DNA from: Eledone cirrhosa
Lineage: Eukaryota
Assembly (NCBI GenBank): GCA_964016885.1
Contig: OZ024744.1
Coordinates: forward strand, 68,944,001-69,008,000
Direction: 5' to 3'
Length of the DNA: 64,000 bases
Shown here: positions 12,528 to 26,035 of the stretch, one piece after another
Numbering within the stretch: the stretch's first letter is position 1
Layout of the letters: each line of letters opens with the position of its first letter
Notes under the pieces: generated by a model
What the model saw: the letters and a program-made list of their open reading frames with translations, nothing else
Told to the model about the DNA's origin: nothing
The model's database searches: none
Program-made: the position numbers and the translations under genes

Positions 12528-12610
12528 CGCTTGATAACATAAATAATAGAGTAGATATATCTAACTTTCCTCTTCCCTAAATTGCTTTCCTTGTGTCCAA
12601 ATTAGAAACT

Positions 12611-13915
12611 ACTAGTAGAAGGGCCCGGCGTTGCTCGGGATTCTAAACATAAATTGGCATGTTTATCCCTCCTTTCTGAAACAGTACAGAGAAGTACGGA
12701 ATACCTCGGCCTCGGGATGGTGTCTACATTTTGTACTTATGAAAATAATTCGCCGTAGATTACCAGGGTTTTAACTTAATTGGGTGCCTGAGAGTAAAAT
12801 GTTCAACCCACGAAAGCCAAGCATCAGCACTCCGACGACGGTGTCGCTGGTCTTCTGTCTCGGCAGCTCATGCATCAGAAGTTGATGTTGCATCAGCGGT
12901 TCGCCGAATGGTTCGTTGGTTGTCTGTTTCAAGTGCTCTTCTGGTAGCAGTACGTTCAACATCTTGCGATCATCGAATAGCTGATTCCACTGACGATTAG
13001 TTTGCCCGACTTGTTCTTTTTCTTGCCGCTTTCGCAGTATTTCGGCCAATCGAGTATCTCTTCCTTCGAGGTATGACTTAAAAGCAGGACGAAGTACACC
13101 AAGACTAACTGGTAGAGTAAGGAGTAAAATCGTCAGTGATGCATGTGATTTCCGAACGCAGAAGTAAATATTTCGGAAAACGTTACACACTATATATATA
13201 CACACACACACTATATATATATACATATATACACACACGGTTAATGACATAATGTCGTAATGCATTCAGCCAGACATACAGACAGATATTATAAGGGTGT
13301 GGCCTGATAGTTATGTATCTATCTAAAAAGACAGACTATGAAAAAGATAGGGAGATCGCTTTTTCGCCTAATGCGGTCCCTAGAGCATTGAAAATTTGAA
13401 ATAATTTTTGCTCAAAACACTCACACGACCATAAGTATTACATGTGTAAAGTTTGAAAAAAATCGGTTGGGTGGTTCTTGAGTTTTAGGGAGTCAGACAG
13501 ACAGACATACATACATTTTCTGCTAGTATATATATATATTACACACACAGAAATATATATATATTTCTGTGTGTGTATATATATATATATATTACACACA
13601 CAGAAATGTATATATATTTCTGTGTGTATATATATATATATTACACACACAGAAATGTATATATATTTCTGTGTGTATATATATATATTTCTGTGTGTGT
13701 ATATATATATATTACACACACACAGAAATGTATATATGTTTCTGTAGCACTCCTCAATTCCCCCCTCTCTCCCTCCCGCTATCCCCCTCTTGTAGTCTGT
13801 CTCTTTCTTTCACTCTCACTCTCTCTCTACGCGTGCGCAAAAAAACATTCGCACGCGCGCACGTGTTTCCACTGTCGGACAGACAGACAGAGAAATTGCT
13901 GGTTATATATTATAA
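12611..13915 (-). mobile_element. Helitron/Helentron-derived non-autonomous element with a decayed RepHel N-terminus
   Basis: ACTAGTAGAAGGGCCCGGCGTTGCTCGGG terminus (hairpin then CTAG on minus); (CAGA)n-TATATA opposite ends; minus frame PRRKRYSIGR...ETDNQR...ETEDQRHRRR typical of Helitron N-termini. Confidence 0.7.
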
Positions 13916-14477
13916 GGAGATAATATGAATACGTAAACGACGAAGATGACATGGCGTTCATTTTCCAAAAGAAGCTAGTCATGAACCATTCGCTCAATCA
14001 TTTGAAGAGATCGTCAAGCATAAATCCCACACCAATACATTGAACATCACCAATATGTCTGATCAAAATCTACTGCAAGAGGCACACCCAGCTATACAAG
14101 AGGTTATTGCTAGGATCTTCAACACTGACTCAAGAAAATGGCGTAACATTCTGGTTGTTTGTTATATTTGTTCTTCATCTTGGATAAAACTCAAAGTATC
14201 TCTTTTATATTCACTTATTCTGTCCCTCATTCGTTCCTTATCTCACCCCCCCCTCTCTCTCTCTCTCTCTTACCATTTATCTTATTACTTTCGTTTATTA
14301 TGTTAGTAATTGGCGTCCTATTTCCTCAGTTCAATGCCCTCACTCTAACATGTACCAAGAGTATGTACACATACCTAATCGTGGCTGTCTATTCCAGTAT
14401 ACGCTACTACACAACACTAAACAACACTCACATCAGGCTACAAACTACTCAGACACTTGTTTTCCTCATTAGTTTCT

Positions 14478-15800
<1,323 letters not shown>

Positions 15801-16104
15801 TGAGTTATATAAACGACTAAGTGTTTGTGATATTAGTGTTACATAAGAGAGTGAAAGACAGTTTTTTTTTTATCTCTGTATTTCGTCATCCTCGTGGGAA
15901 ACATTTCATCTCAGACTCCAATGTTTCTTTGCTAGCTGCTAAACACTGAAAAACAACACACTGCAATCATTAAGACCGTCTACACCATCAAAGGTTTACG
16001 GTACGACTCAATTACAAATTATAACAACGACCACATCACCAACTTCTCGCAAACATCTTTTTTAATAGTTTATTTCTTGCTAATACATTTCTGCGCTCTT
16101 TTGT

Positions 16105-16153
16105 TTGTCTCTCTCTCCCTTCCTGTCTCTCTCTCTCTATATATTTCTCTCTC

Positions 16154-16233
<80 letters not shown>

Positions 16234-16311
16234 CTCTCTCTCTCTCCGTCTCTCTCTCTCTCTCTCACTTTCTCTCTTTCTCTCTATCTCTCTCCGTCTC
16301 TCTCTCTCTCA

Positions 16312-16394
<83 letters not shown>
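16105..16394. repeat. (CT)n then (TA)n microsatellite
   Basis: Read directly from the sequence. Confidence 0.98.
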
Positions 16395-16396
<2 letters not shown>

Positions 16397-16397
<1 letters not shown>

Positions 16398-16741
16398 AGT
16401 AGTCCCCCGGTATTCGTGGGGGTTACGTTCCTAGGCACACACGAAGAGTTGAAAACCGCGAATATGGAACGTGTTAATAAAAATGTCTATAATGTAAATT
16501 TTAAATAACGGGAGCATCTGATGTGAAGGAGCTTCCAATAGGCCGGTAAATACGGGATATTGTTATTAATAATTTAGCGTTAAAAAATATATATTGGTAC
16601 GGAAAACAACTATTAAAAAATCGCGGAAGATACGATTCCGCGAATATGCGGCAATTTCCACAAACAATTATTAGTTAGGTTCTAAGGAATATTCCGCGAA
16701 TGACCGGAACTTCGAATGTTGGGACCATGAATACCGGGGTA

Positions 16742-16746
<5 letters not shown>
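16397..16746. mobile_element. Tigger/pogo-like MITE
   Basis: Imperfect TIRs CAGTAGTCCCCCGGTATTCGTGG / CCATGAATACCGGGGTACACTA within (TA)n flanks. Confidence 0.75.
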
Positions 16747-16797
<51 letters not shown>

Positions 16798-17065
16798 GTG
16801 TGCAATTGAACTTCGTTATTTTTAATGCTGGGGGAGGAAAGTAGTAGAAATTTCGGACGTTGACTCAACAGCATATTTGAGGAAGAAAAGACAAGACAAT
16901 AGTCGCTGACAAGGAAATGAAGTGTGGGGAAAAAAAATAAAAAAAGATTGTTGTGGCTTATGGTTAGGTTGGGAAATAGCTATAGTAACCAGACGGAGAA
17001 GAAAATAAATCGATATTCACAGATGATAAAAATGATTTCATCGACATCGAAAACGATGGCTGCCT

Positions 17066-18000
17066 AGCGTTTGTGATATAGCGTTTGTGATGTAGTATTT
17101 GTCATATAGCGTTTGTGATATAGCGTTTATGATGTAGCGTTTGTGATATAGCTTTTGTGATATAGCGTTTGTGATATAGCGTCTGTGATGTAGCGTTTGT
17201 CATATAGCGTTTGTCATATAGCGTTTGTGATATAGCGTTTATGATGTAGCGTCTGTGATATAGCGTTTGTGAAGTAGCGTTTGTCATATAGCGTTTGTGA
17301 TGTAGCGTTTGTGATGTAACGTTTGTCATATAGCGTTTTTTATATAGCGTTTGTCATATAGTGTTTGTGATGTAGCGTTTGTGATATAGCGTTTGTGAAG
17401 TAGCGTTTGTCATATAGCGTTTGTGATGTAGCCTTTGTGATGTAACGTTTGTCATATAGCGTTTTTGATATAGCGTTTGTAATATAGCGTTTGTGATGTA
17501 GCGTTTGTCACATAGGGTTTGTGATATAGCGTTTGTGATATAGCGTTTGTGATATAGCGTTTGTGATATCGCGTTTGTGATATAGTGTTTGTGATGTAGC
17601 GTTTGTGATATAGCGTTTGTCATATAGCCTTTATGATATAGCGTTTGTGATATAGCGTTTGTGATATAGCGTCTGTGATGTAGCGTTTGTGCTATAGCGC
17701 TTGTGATGTAGCGTCAGTGAAGTAGCGTTTGTCATATAGCGTTTGTGATGTAGCGTTTGTGATATAGCGTTTGTGATATAGCGTTTGTGCTATAGTGTTT
17801 GTCATATAAAGTTTGTCATATAGCGTTTCTCATATAGCGTTTGTGATATAGCGTTTTTGAATTAGCGTTTGTGATATAGCGTTTGTGATGTAGCGTTTGT
17901 CATATAGCGTTTGTAATATAGCGTTTGTGATATAGCGTCTGTGAAGTAGCGTTTGTGATATAGCGTTTGTGATATAGCGTTTGTCATATAGCGTTTGATA
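17066..18000. repeat. 14-bp minisatellite (TATAGCGTTTGTGA), ~65 units
   Basis: Read directly from the sequence. Confidence 0.97.
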
Positions 18001-18194
18001 TAACATAAAAAACGATATATTAAGTAAATTAGCATACTTTATTTCATTTCATCCTTACGGGGTCGATAAAATAAAGTACCAGTAATGCACTGGGTAATTT
18101 GCTGGCCTTGTGCCAAAAGTAGAAACAATTAAGTAAATTAGCAAAATAAAATGAGAAAAAACGACGACGAAATCTAATAGAAACGGTAACAAAT

Positions 18195-19162
18195 ACACAC
18201 GCACTTACACAGACACAGACACAGACACACACACACACACACAGACTCACACACACTTACACACACAGACACACTTACACACAGAGACACACACACAGTT
18301 ATACACACAGACACAGAAACACACTGACACACACACACAGACTCAGACACACACACAGAGACACAGACACACATCACAGACACACACTTACACACACACA
18401 GACATACACACAGACACAGAGACACACACACATACACAGACACACAGACACACAGGCACACATACACACATACATACTAACACACAGACGCAGACAAATA
18501 CGCACACACACATACATACGCACACACAAACAGACACACACACATACACACACATATTGATAATAACATCAGTAACCCCCATCAGTAACCCTAACCCTAA
18601 CTCTAACCCTAACCCACATACACACACACATACATACACACACACACACACGCAGACACACACAAATACACACACAGGGACACACGCATACACTCACACA
18701 CTCATAACTCATACATACACACACAATCATACACATACATACACACACATACCATACATGTGAGGTCTATGTATATTTTACTGGGGTTTTATATTGATAA
18801 TAACATCAGTAACCCTAACCCTGACCCTAACCCTAACTATAACTATAACCCACATACACACACACACACCTACACACAGAGACACACACAGACACACACA
18901 GACACACAGACACACATACATACACACACAGACACACACACATACACACAGAGACACACAGAAACACACACACATACACACATATACAATCACACACACA
19001 CACATACACACACAAACACACAGAAACACACACACACATACACACACACACATACACACACAGGCACACACACACACATATACACACACACAGAGACACA
19101 CAGAAACACACATACATACACACGTACACACAGACACACACACAGACACACACAAACACACA

Positions 19163-19212
<50 letters not shown>

Positions 19213-19336
19213 GAGACACACAGAAACACACATACATACACACGTACACACAGACACACGCACATACACACACAGACACATACACACATACACACAGATA
19301 AACATCCACATCCACACACAGACACACACACACACA
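18195..19336. repeat. Degenerate (CA)n arrays with a duplicated unit carrying (CCCTAA)-like repeats at ~18587-18615 and ~18811-18852
   Basis: TATTGATAATAACATCAGTAACCC occurs twice, each followed by AACCCT repeats. Confidence 0.9.
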
Positions 19337-19439
19337 TTGTTAGTATCTATGGGATCAATTTGTTCATGTTTTATTCTGTTAACTTGTTTAACTATCAAGT
19401 TCTGGTAAGTTTTTTGATAGTCAGTCCAACCATCTCTGT

Positions 19440-19555
19440 CTTCTTCTTCTTCTTCTTCTTCTTCTTCTTCTTCTTCTTCTTCTTCTTCTTCTTCTTCTTC
19501 TTCTTCTTCTTCTTCTTCTTCTTCTTCTTCTTCTTCTTCTTCTTCTTCTTCTTCT
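19440..19555. repeat. (TTC)n microsatellite
   Basis: Read directly from the sequence. Confidence 0.99.
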
Positions 19556-19788
19556 GTACCGGAGGACTTTGAAGCCGGGGACGATGGACAATTTCCAGAA
19601 ATCCCTCGCTTGGCAGTGCTATCGGGGAGCACTGCCGGTTCGGGATAAACCCTACAGGCACGGAAGTGCTGTCAGACGGACCTGCCCAAGATACGCACAG
19701 ACCGACAAAACCGTTCTGCACGCCCTTGTCCAATATCCGTGCATTACTGACTTGTGGAGTTATGTCGAATAGCTACTGTCGCGTGCGA
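19556..19788 (+). mobile_element. Tx1-type LINE ORF2 C-terminal fragment
   Basis: MDNFQKSLAWQCYRGALPVRDK...TCPR...TVLHAL; homologous to 26600-26830 (-) and 40440-40640 (+). Confidence 0.85.
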
Positions 19789-20329
19789 TAGCGCCCATTT
19801 TGAGAATCTCTGATCGAGATGATAAAGAGTCATTGTGTCATATATCTTATTTGCAAAAGCTCTTAATGTGTGGTACCTCGCTAATTATGCACTAAGCCTA
19901 AGTCATCTTCTTAGGCAAAGGGAAGGTACCAACAAAGGGTATTTCTCCAGACCAGGAGCCTTCCTGATTTGTTTGTAGTTAAAGCACCTCAAGGTTTATA
20001 TACTATGAAGTTATCTACCATGATATTCAAAATATGATAGTTTCTACATGTTTGTCAGTAATGACTGGAAATTTGCCAAGTGGATTCTGAAAGTGTTTCT
20101 TCCATTGGAGAAGCTGAAACTGTTAGTTGGAAGCTACTAAATTTACATATTTTTCTTTTTCCGGCCACTGATTAAATTACCAATTTACCATGCTAAGAAT
20201 GTTAATTATCAAGAGAGTGTGTAATGAGATCAATCGTACTTTGCGTGTAGTTTTGTTACACACACACACACACACACACACGTATATATATATATATATG
20301 AAAATTAAGTAGTAACATGTGCTTTCACC

Positions 20330-20482
20330 GTATTTGACTAAATAGAATTAGTCTGTTAGTTGGGATTTTAAAAAACCCTCTGGATGGAAAAAGGGATTAG
20401 TATTGACCTATATGGGACACGAACCCACATATAGGGGTTTTTTAAATACCAACTAACAGACTAATTTTATGTAGTCAAATAC
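20330..20482. repeat. Fold-back element with ~50 bp arms
   Basis: GTATTTGACTAAATAGAATTAGTCTGTTAGTTGG / CCAACTAACAGACTAATTTTATGTAGTCAAATAC. Confidence 0.88.
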
Positions 20483-20508
20483 TCCCTAATATATATATAT
20501 ATATATAC

Positions 20509-20541
<33 letters not shown>

Positions 20542-20599
20542 AACGATCGACCTTCGTCAAATCGGACCGAGGGAACAATGTTTCCGTTGATCTTTCCAA

Positions 20600-20758
20600 T
20601 TGTTAATACTATCTATCGGTCGCAACTCCAGGTAGAAGGAGCAACGTGAAATAAAGTGTCTTGCTCAAGGACATAACGCATCGCCTGGTCCAGGAATCGA
20701 ACTCACAACCTTACGATTGCGAATCCAATTCTCTAACCACTCAGCCACACGCCTTCAC
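20600..20758 (-). mobile_element. tRNA-derived SINE, second family
   Basis: Minus strand has A-box-like GTGGCTGAGTGG, B-box GTTCGATTCC, then TCCTTGAGCAAGACACTTTA. Confidence 0.85.
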
Positions 20759-21419
20759 ATATATATATATCCTAAACGGATGGTAGTCCGTTTAGTAATA
20801 TTGTTGTGGTCGTGTTTTCGTTGGCAATCGTCAGTTTACGACAGTACAGCGCGCCTCTACTTTATTTAACTGAGATAAAACTTATATGAGCATGAACAGT
20901 AGATCATTACGCATCTTTTGGTTTAAAAATCTAGAAATTTGGTCCAGCGGGAAAAAGTTTATAATCAAAGTTTGCTGATAAATCTTGTGTTCAAGTGAGT
21001 GAGTAGTAAGCGTTACGCTAGGGGAGGTAATCCAGAAATGACGACGTTTTGAAAAGTTTAATTACTGCATGAAAGAAATGATTCAAAAATTGAACTTGCC
21101 CAATCTTCACAACATTGAAAATTGGTCAAAATTTGACAAATCTGACTTCAAATCAGATATGATTCATTTGAACAATGTTGGAAATTTTAAATTGACACAA
21201 ATTTTTGCCAATGTTTTTGCCACCTGATCCTTGTTCTATGGCTGACTGACTAATTTTGTGACTTAATAAAATGTCATCATACTAGTAATGCACAATGGTC
21301 ATTTTAAAATTTAAATTTTATTAAATAGTTGTTGCTTGCATTGCCTTAAAATAGTAACAAGAATGTACACATACTTTTTAAAAATACATCATTCAAATCA
21401 GTCAAATCAGTCAAATCAG

Positions 21420-21785
21420 TCAAATGTCACTAAAAGCCAGGTGGTCGATAACAACTTCTATAAGATTAGTTATATGCTCACACAATGAATCACCTCTCAT
21501 CAATGGCATTGGGTGTCTGAGATAATCGTGGAGATAGCTGATGAAGTCACAAATGAAGTGATGGTCTTCCAGTGTGAACAACTCCCTATATCCATTGATA
21601 TATGTGATGGCTTCCGATTCATAGATGCATTGTATGAGGAATTCCATGCATCCGATTTTCAGTGATTCAATGGGCATTTTATCAGAGATGATAAGGTATT
21701 TGACCACGTTTTGCTTTGTAAGTAAATTGGAGAGAATCACTGCAGTCAAAGTCATTTCTTTGCATAGGTTTTTGTCCATACTCAA
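21420..21785 (-). CDS. Orphan 121-aa ORF, probably mobile-element or virus cargo
   Basis: Uninterrupted, non-repetitive ORF bracketed by ~35 bp direct repeats (21321 and 21840); no recognised domain. Confidence 0.25.
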   Translation of the reverse strand: MSMDKNLCKEMTLTAVILSNLLTKQNVVKYLIISDKMPIESLKIGCMEFLIQCIYESEAITYINGYRELFTLEDHHFICDFISYLHDYLRHPMPLMRGDSLCEHITNLIEVVIDHLAFSDI

Positions 21786-21878
21786 AAGAACTTTAAAATG
21801 TCAATCACTTGTCAGTAATTCACTATGATCATTTAATTATTAGATAGTTGTTGCTTGCATTGCCTTAAAAAATAGTAG

Positions 21879-23151
<1,273 letters not shown>

Positions 23152-23157
23152 TCCCTA

Positions 23158-23189
<32 letters not shown>

Positions 23190-23190
<1 letters not shown>

Positions 23191-23390
23191 TATTTTTCCT
23201 GGGTTCAGTTTTTTCGTCGCTATGGCAATGCGGCCCGACTATCGGTCGCTGTACTTGATTTGCAAAGCTGTCTAAACGTAATGTTATAACTCTGGGGTAA
23301 TGTTCACCATTGAGTGCTTAGCTGCACACCGAATCTGCATTCGTTAGCTTAGCTGCTGCCAAAATCTTCGTTGATGCTGTACTAAAATTT
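23190..23390. repeat. Dispersed repeat of unknown class (copies at 30512-30656 and 36125-36315)
   Basis: GGTCGCT...TTTGCAAAGC...GAGTGCTT.GCTGCAC...GCATTCGT..GCTTAGCTGC is shared among the copies. Confidence 0.8.
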
Positions 23391-23523
23391 GTATGTATAT
23401 ATATATATATAGTTTAATAAATGAACAGAGAATAAAATACAGAGAGGCAATACAAATGATATGGTATTTAGTTTCACGCTTGAGAGTGGGGGCTGGGACA
23501 CACGCACACACACACACACACAT

Positions 23524-23812
23524 ATCTATACATATATATTAAACTGTAGTTGTCTGTGTGTGTGTCCTCATTTTTGCAAAGTCTATACAAATCCACATTT
23601 CTACTCCGATTGACTTCAAACTTACATTTATATATTCCTTGCGATGTAAAGATATTAACTGCAACTTTTATTTTTCAATTTTCTTTTGTTAAAGGGGTGT
23701 TAGGCGCCGGTTATCGATCTGCGTCGTGCCCTTATAATATTTGTCTGTATGTCTGACTGTCTGCATAACGACATTATGACAAACATGTCATTGCTGACGT
23801 ATTATCTTCGCC
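23524..23812 (+). mobile_element. Helitron/Helentron-like 5' fragment
   Basis: TCTATA..TATATTAAA...TGTCTGTGTG start and CCGATTGACTTCAAACTT motif, similar to the reverse complement of 13440-13530. Confidence 0.55.
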
Positions 23813-23879
23813 ACATTCACACACACACAAACACATATATATATATATACACATATATATATATATAAATATACACAAA

Positions 23880-24343
23880 AATCTATCTATATATCTATCT
23901 ATCTAAGACGGGTAAAATTCCCGAGATTCATGGACGAGTTCACTCCAGCGGTCTCTGTCCCTCATTATCGCTGCCATATGCTGCTTCTCCAACAGACCAG
24001 TGTCTGTCCTTAGGGCAGCAACATATGTTAACCTTGGTCTTCCTCTTCCAATGTGTCCATCTAGGGGCTCCCACAGGAGCACTGAGTGCAATGTCAACTC
24101 TGGATGTCGGTGAGCATGTCCAGCTATACTCAGTCTCCTCTGTGTCACTCTTCGTTGCTGTAGTGGAGTCTGTGCTGCTGTACGGGTCTGAGACTTGGAC
24201 ACTGACCAAGAAACTCACTCAGATGGTGGATGGGTACTACACGAGAATGCTGGGGGTGGCTCTGAACATTAATCAGAATACACTGAGGATGAAAAACTCA
24301 GAGTTGTACGGGAGCCTCCCAAAAGTCAGCTCAAAAGTGACAC
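23880..24343 (-). mobile_element. RTE-like LINE 3' fragment with an inverted 5' segment
   Basis: + segment 24149-24343 (SVLLYGSETW...KVSSKVT) continues in - segment 24148-23905 (VTQRRLSIAGH...GRGRPRLTY); (TAGA)n tail. Confidence 0.85.
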
Positions 24344-24474
24344 ATAAAAAAAAATATATATATATAAAAACTTTTACTCACACACTCTCGCAAAAAACCA
24401 CAGTCTTATACCGATATATCTATACACACACACACACCACATACACTCACACACACACATATATATACGTACAT

Positions 24475-24547
<73 letters not shown>

Positions 24548-25263
24548 GATATATTGTAGGTCGCTTTAACCCGTCTTTTATTATTCAAAAAACTTCTTGC
24601 CAATAAACGTTAACACTTTGTGCGCCACTCATCTAACTGTAGACCAACAAATACCAAAAAAAAAACGGAGCATTGACAAGAACGACGGTGAATGAATGTT
24701 CGAGATAAGCAGTTTCCTCCCGAGCTGTTACTTCACGCGGGATTCTCTGCTACACGTTTTCGTAATAATACCCAACAACGTACTGCTGGTCACTCCTTCC
24801 TCCAAAAGACGTACAAAGTGGACATGTGCATCGGGCAGATGGATCGGATGCAACACTACACCAGGCCTACGTGAGATATTCGCAAGGCACTGCACCGAGA
24901 GTAATAGAGAGAAAGAGTAACTTAGTGGAAAGTGTATGAATGAACTTTTGAGGTAAGTAGCCTACGCCTTACTGCTATGACACTGGAACCTTCTGCTAAC
25001 TTAACCTGTGACTTTCTCTTTCACATTTACTTCAATAGGCCAAAACAGAAGAGTATGACTAGAAGGGGCTCAACAATATTTCTATGAACAATGCACGTAG
25101 ACAGCTAAACTGTACTTTCAACTTCTTAATTTTCTCCAAATTAAACAAGTTTCCTGTCGGTATATTTTCGTGAGTTGTTAACAGGCACTCACAAATAAGC
25201 GTTTCTCATTGGAGGTGCTATTACCAATGTTCTTACCCGTGCAACGCTGGGATACACTGCTAG

Positions 25264-25302
<39 letters not shown>

Positions 25303-25319
25303 TTATAATAATAATAATA

Positions 25320-25506
25320 ATTGTTTCTACTTTAGGCACAATGCCAGCAATTACCCAGTGCATTACAGGTACTTTATTTTATCGACCCCGTAAGTATGAA
25401 TGTCAAAGTCAACCTCGGCAGGATTTGAACTCAGATCGTAAAGGGACGCAACTATGCTGGAAAGCATGGCGTCCGACCCTCTACTGATACTGCCAATCCA
25501 CCGCCC
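25320..25506 (-). mobile_element. tRNA-derived SINE (partial second copy at 25859-25985)
   Basis: Family core. Confidence 0.88.
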
Positions 25507-25517
25507 TTTAATATACC

Positions 25518-25551
<34 letters not shown>

Positions 25552-25552
<1 letters not shown>

Positions 25553-25812
25553 TAATGATTTCTTTATTAACCACAAGGGTTTACATAAAGTAGACATTAA
25601 GGACAGTGCAGGACAATGCAGGACGGTACAAATGGGCATTTCTGCGTGTAAAAAACAAAAACAGAGGATGTAACAAAAAATAACAATGAAAAATTCCCCA
25701 ATAGGGGGCAGACTTCGGAGGGACATTTGTGGAGAAAGCCCAGTAAAAAGCCACAATGACCCTGACCACCAAGGCAAGTGCCCTCTCCCAGTTTTCCACC
25801 TTTAATTTACAG
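25552..25812 (-). mobile_element. Solo Tx1 3' UTR with (TTA)n tail
   Basis: Highly similar to 26030-26292. Confidence 0.88.
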
Positions 25813-25984
25813 ATATATATAATATATATACAATTATATAATAATAATAATAATAATAATTGTTTCTACTTTGGGCACAAGGCCAGCAATTAGCCAGTGC
25901 ATTACTGGTACTTTATTTTATCGACCCCGTAAGGATGAAAGGCAAAGTCAACCTCGGCGGGATTTGAACTCAGTGCGTAAAGGG

Positions 25985-26029
<45 letters not shown>

Positions 26030-26035
<6 letters not shown>

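Noticed and set aside
17066-18000. CRISPR-like regular array
   Set aside because: No unique spacers; it is a simple tandem minisatellite in eukaryotic DNA
18587-18852. Telomere or chromosome-fusion signature from (CCCTAA)n
   Set aside because: Only a few degenerate units inside a small local duplication
20690-20758. tRNA gene
   Set aside because: A/B boxes are followed by a SINE body with no complete cloverleaf; it is a SINE head
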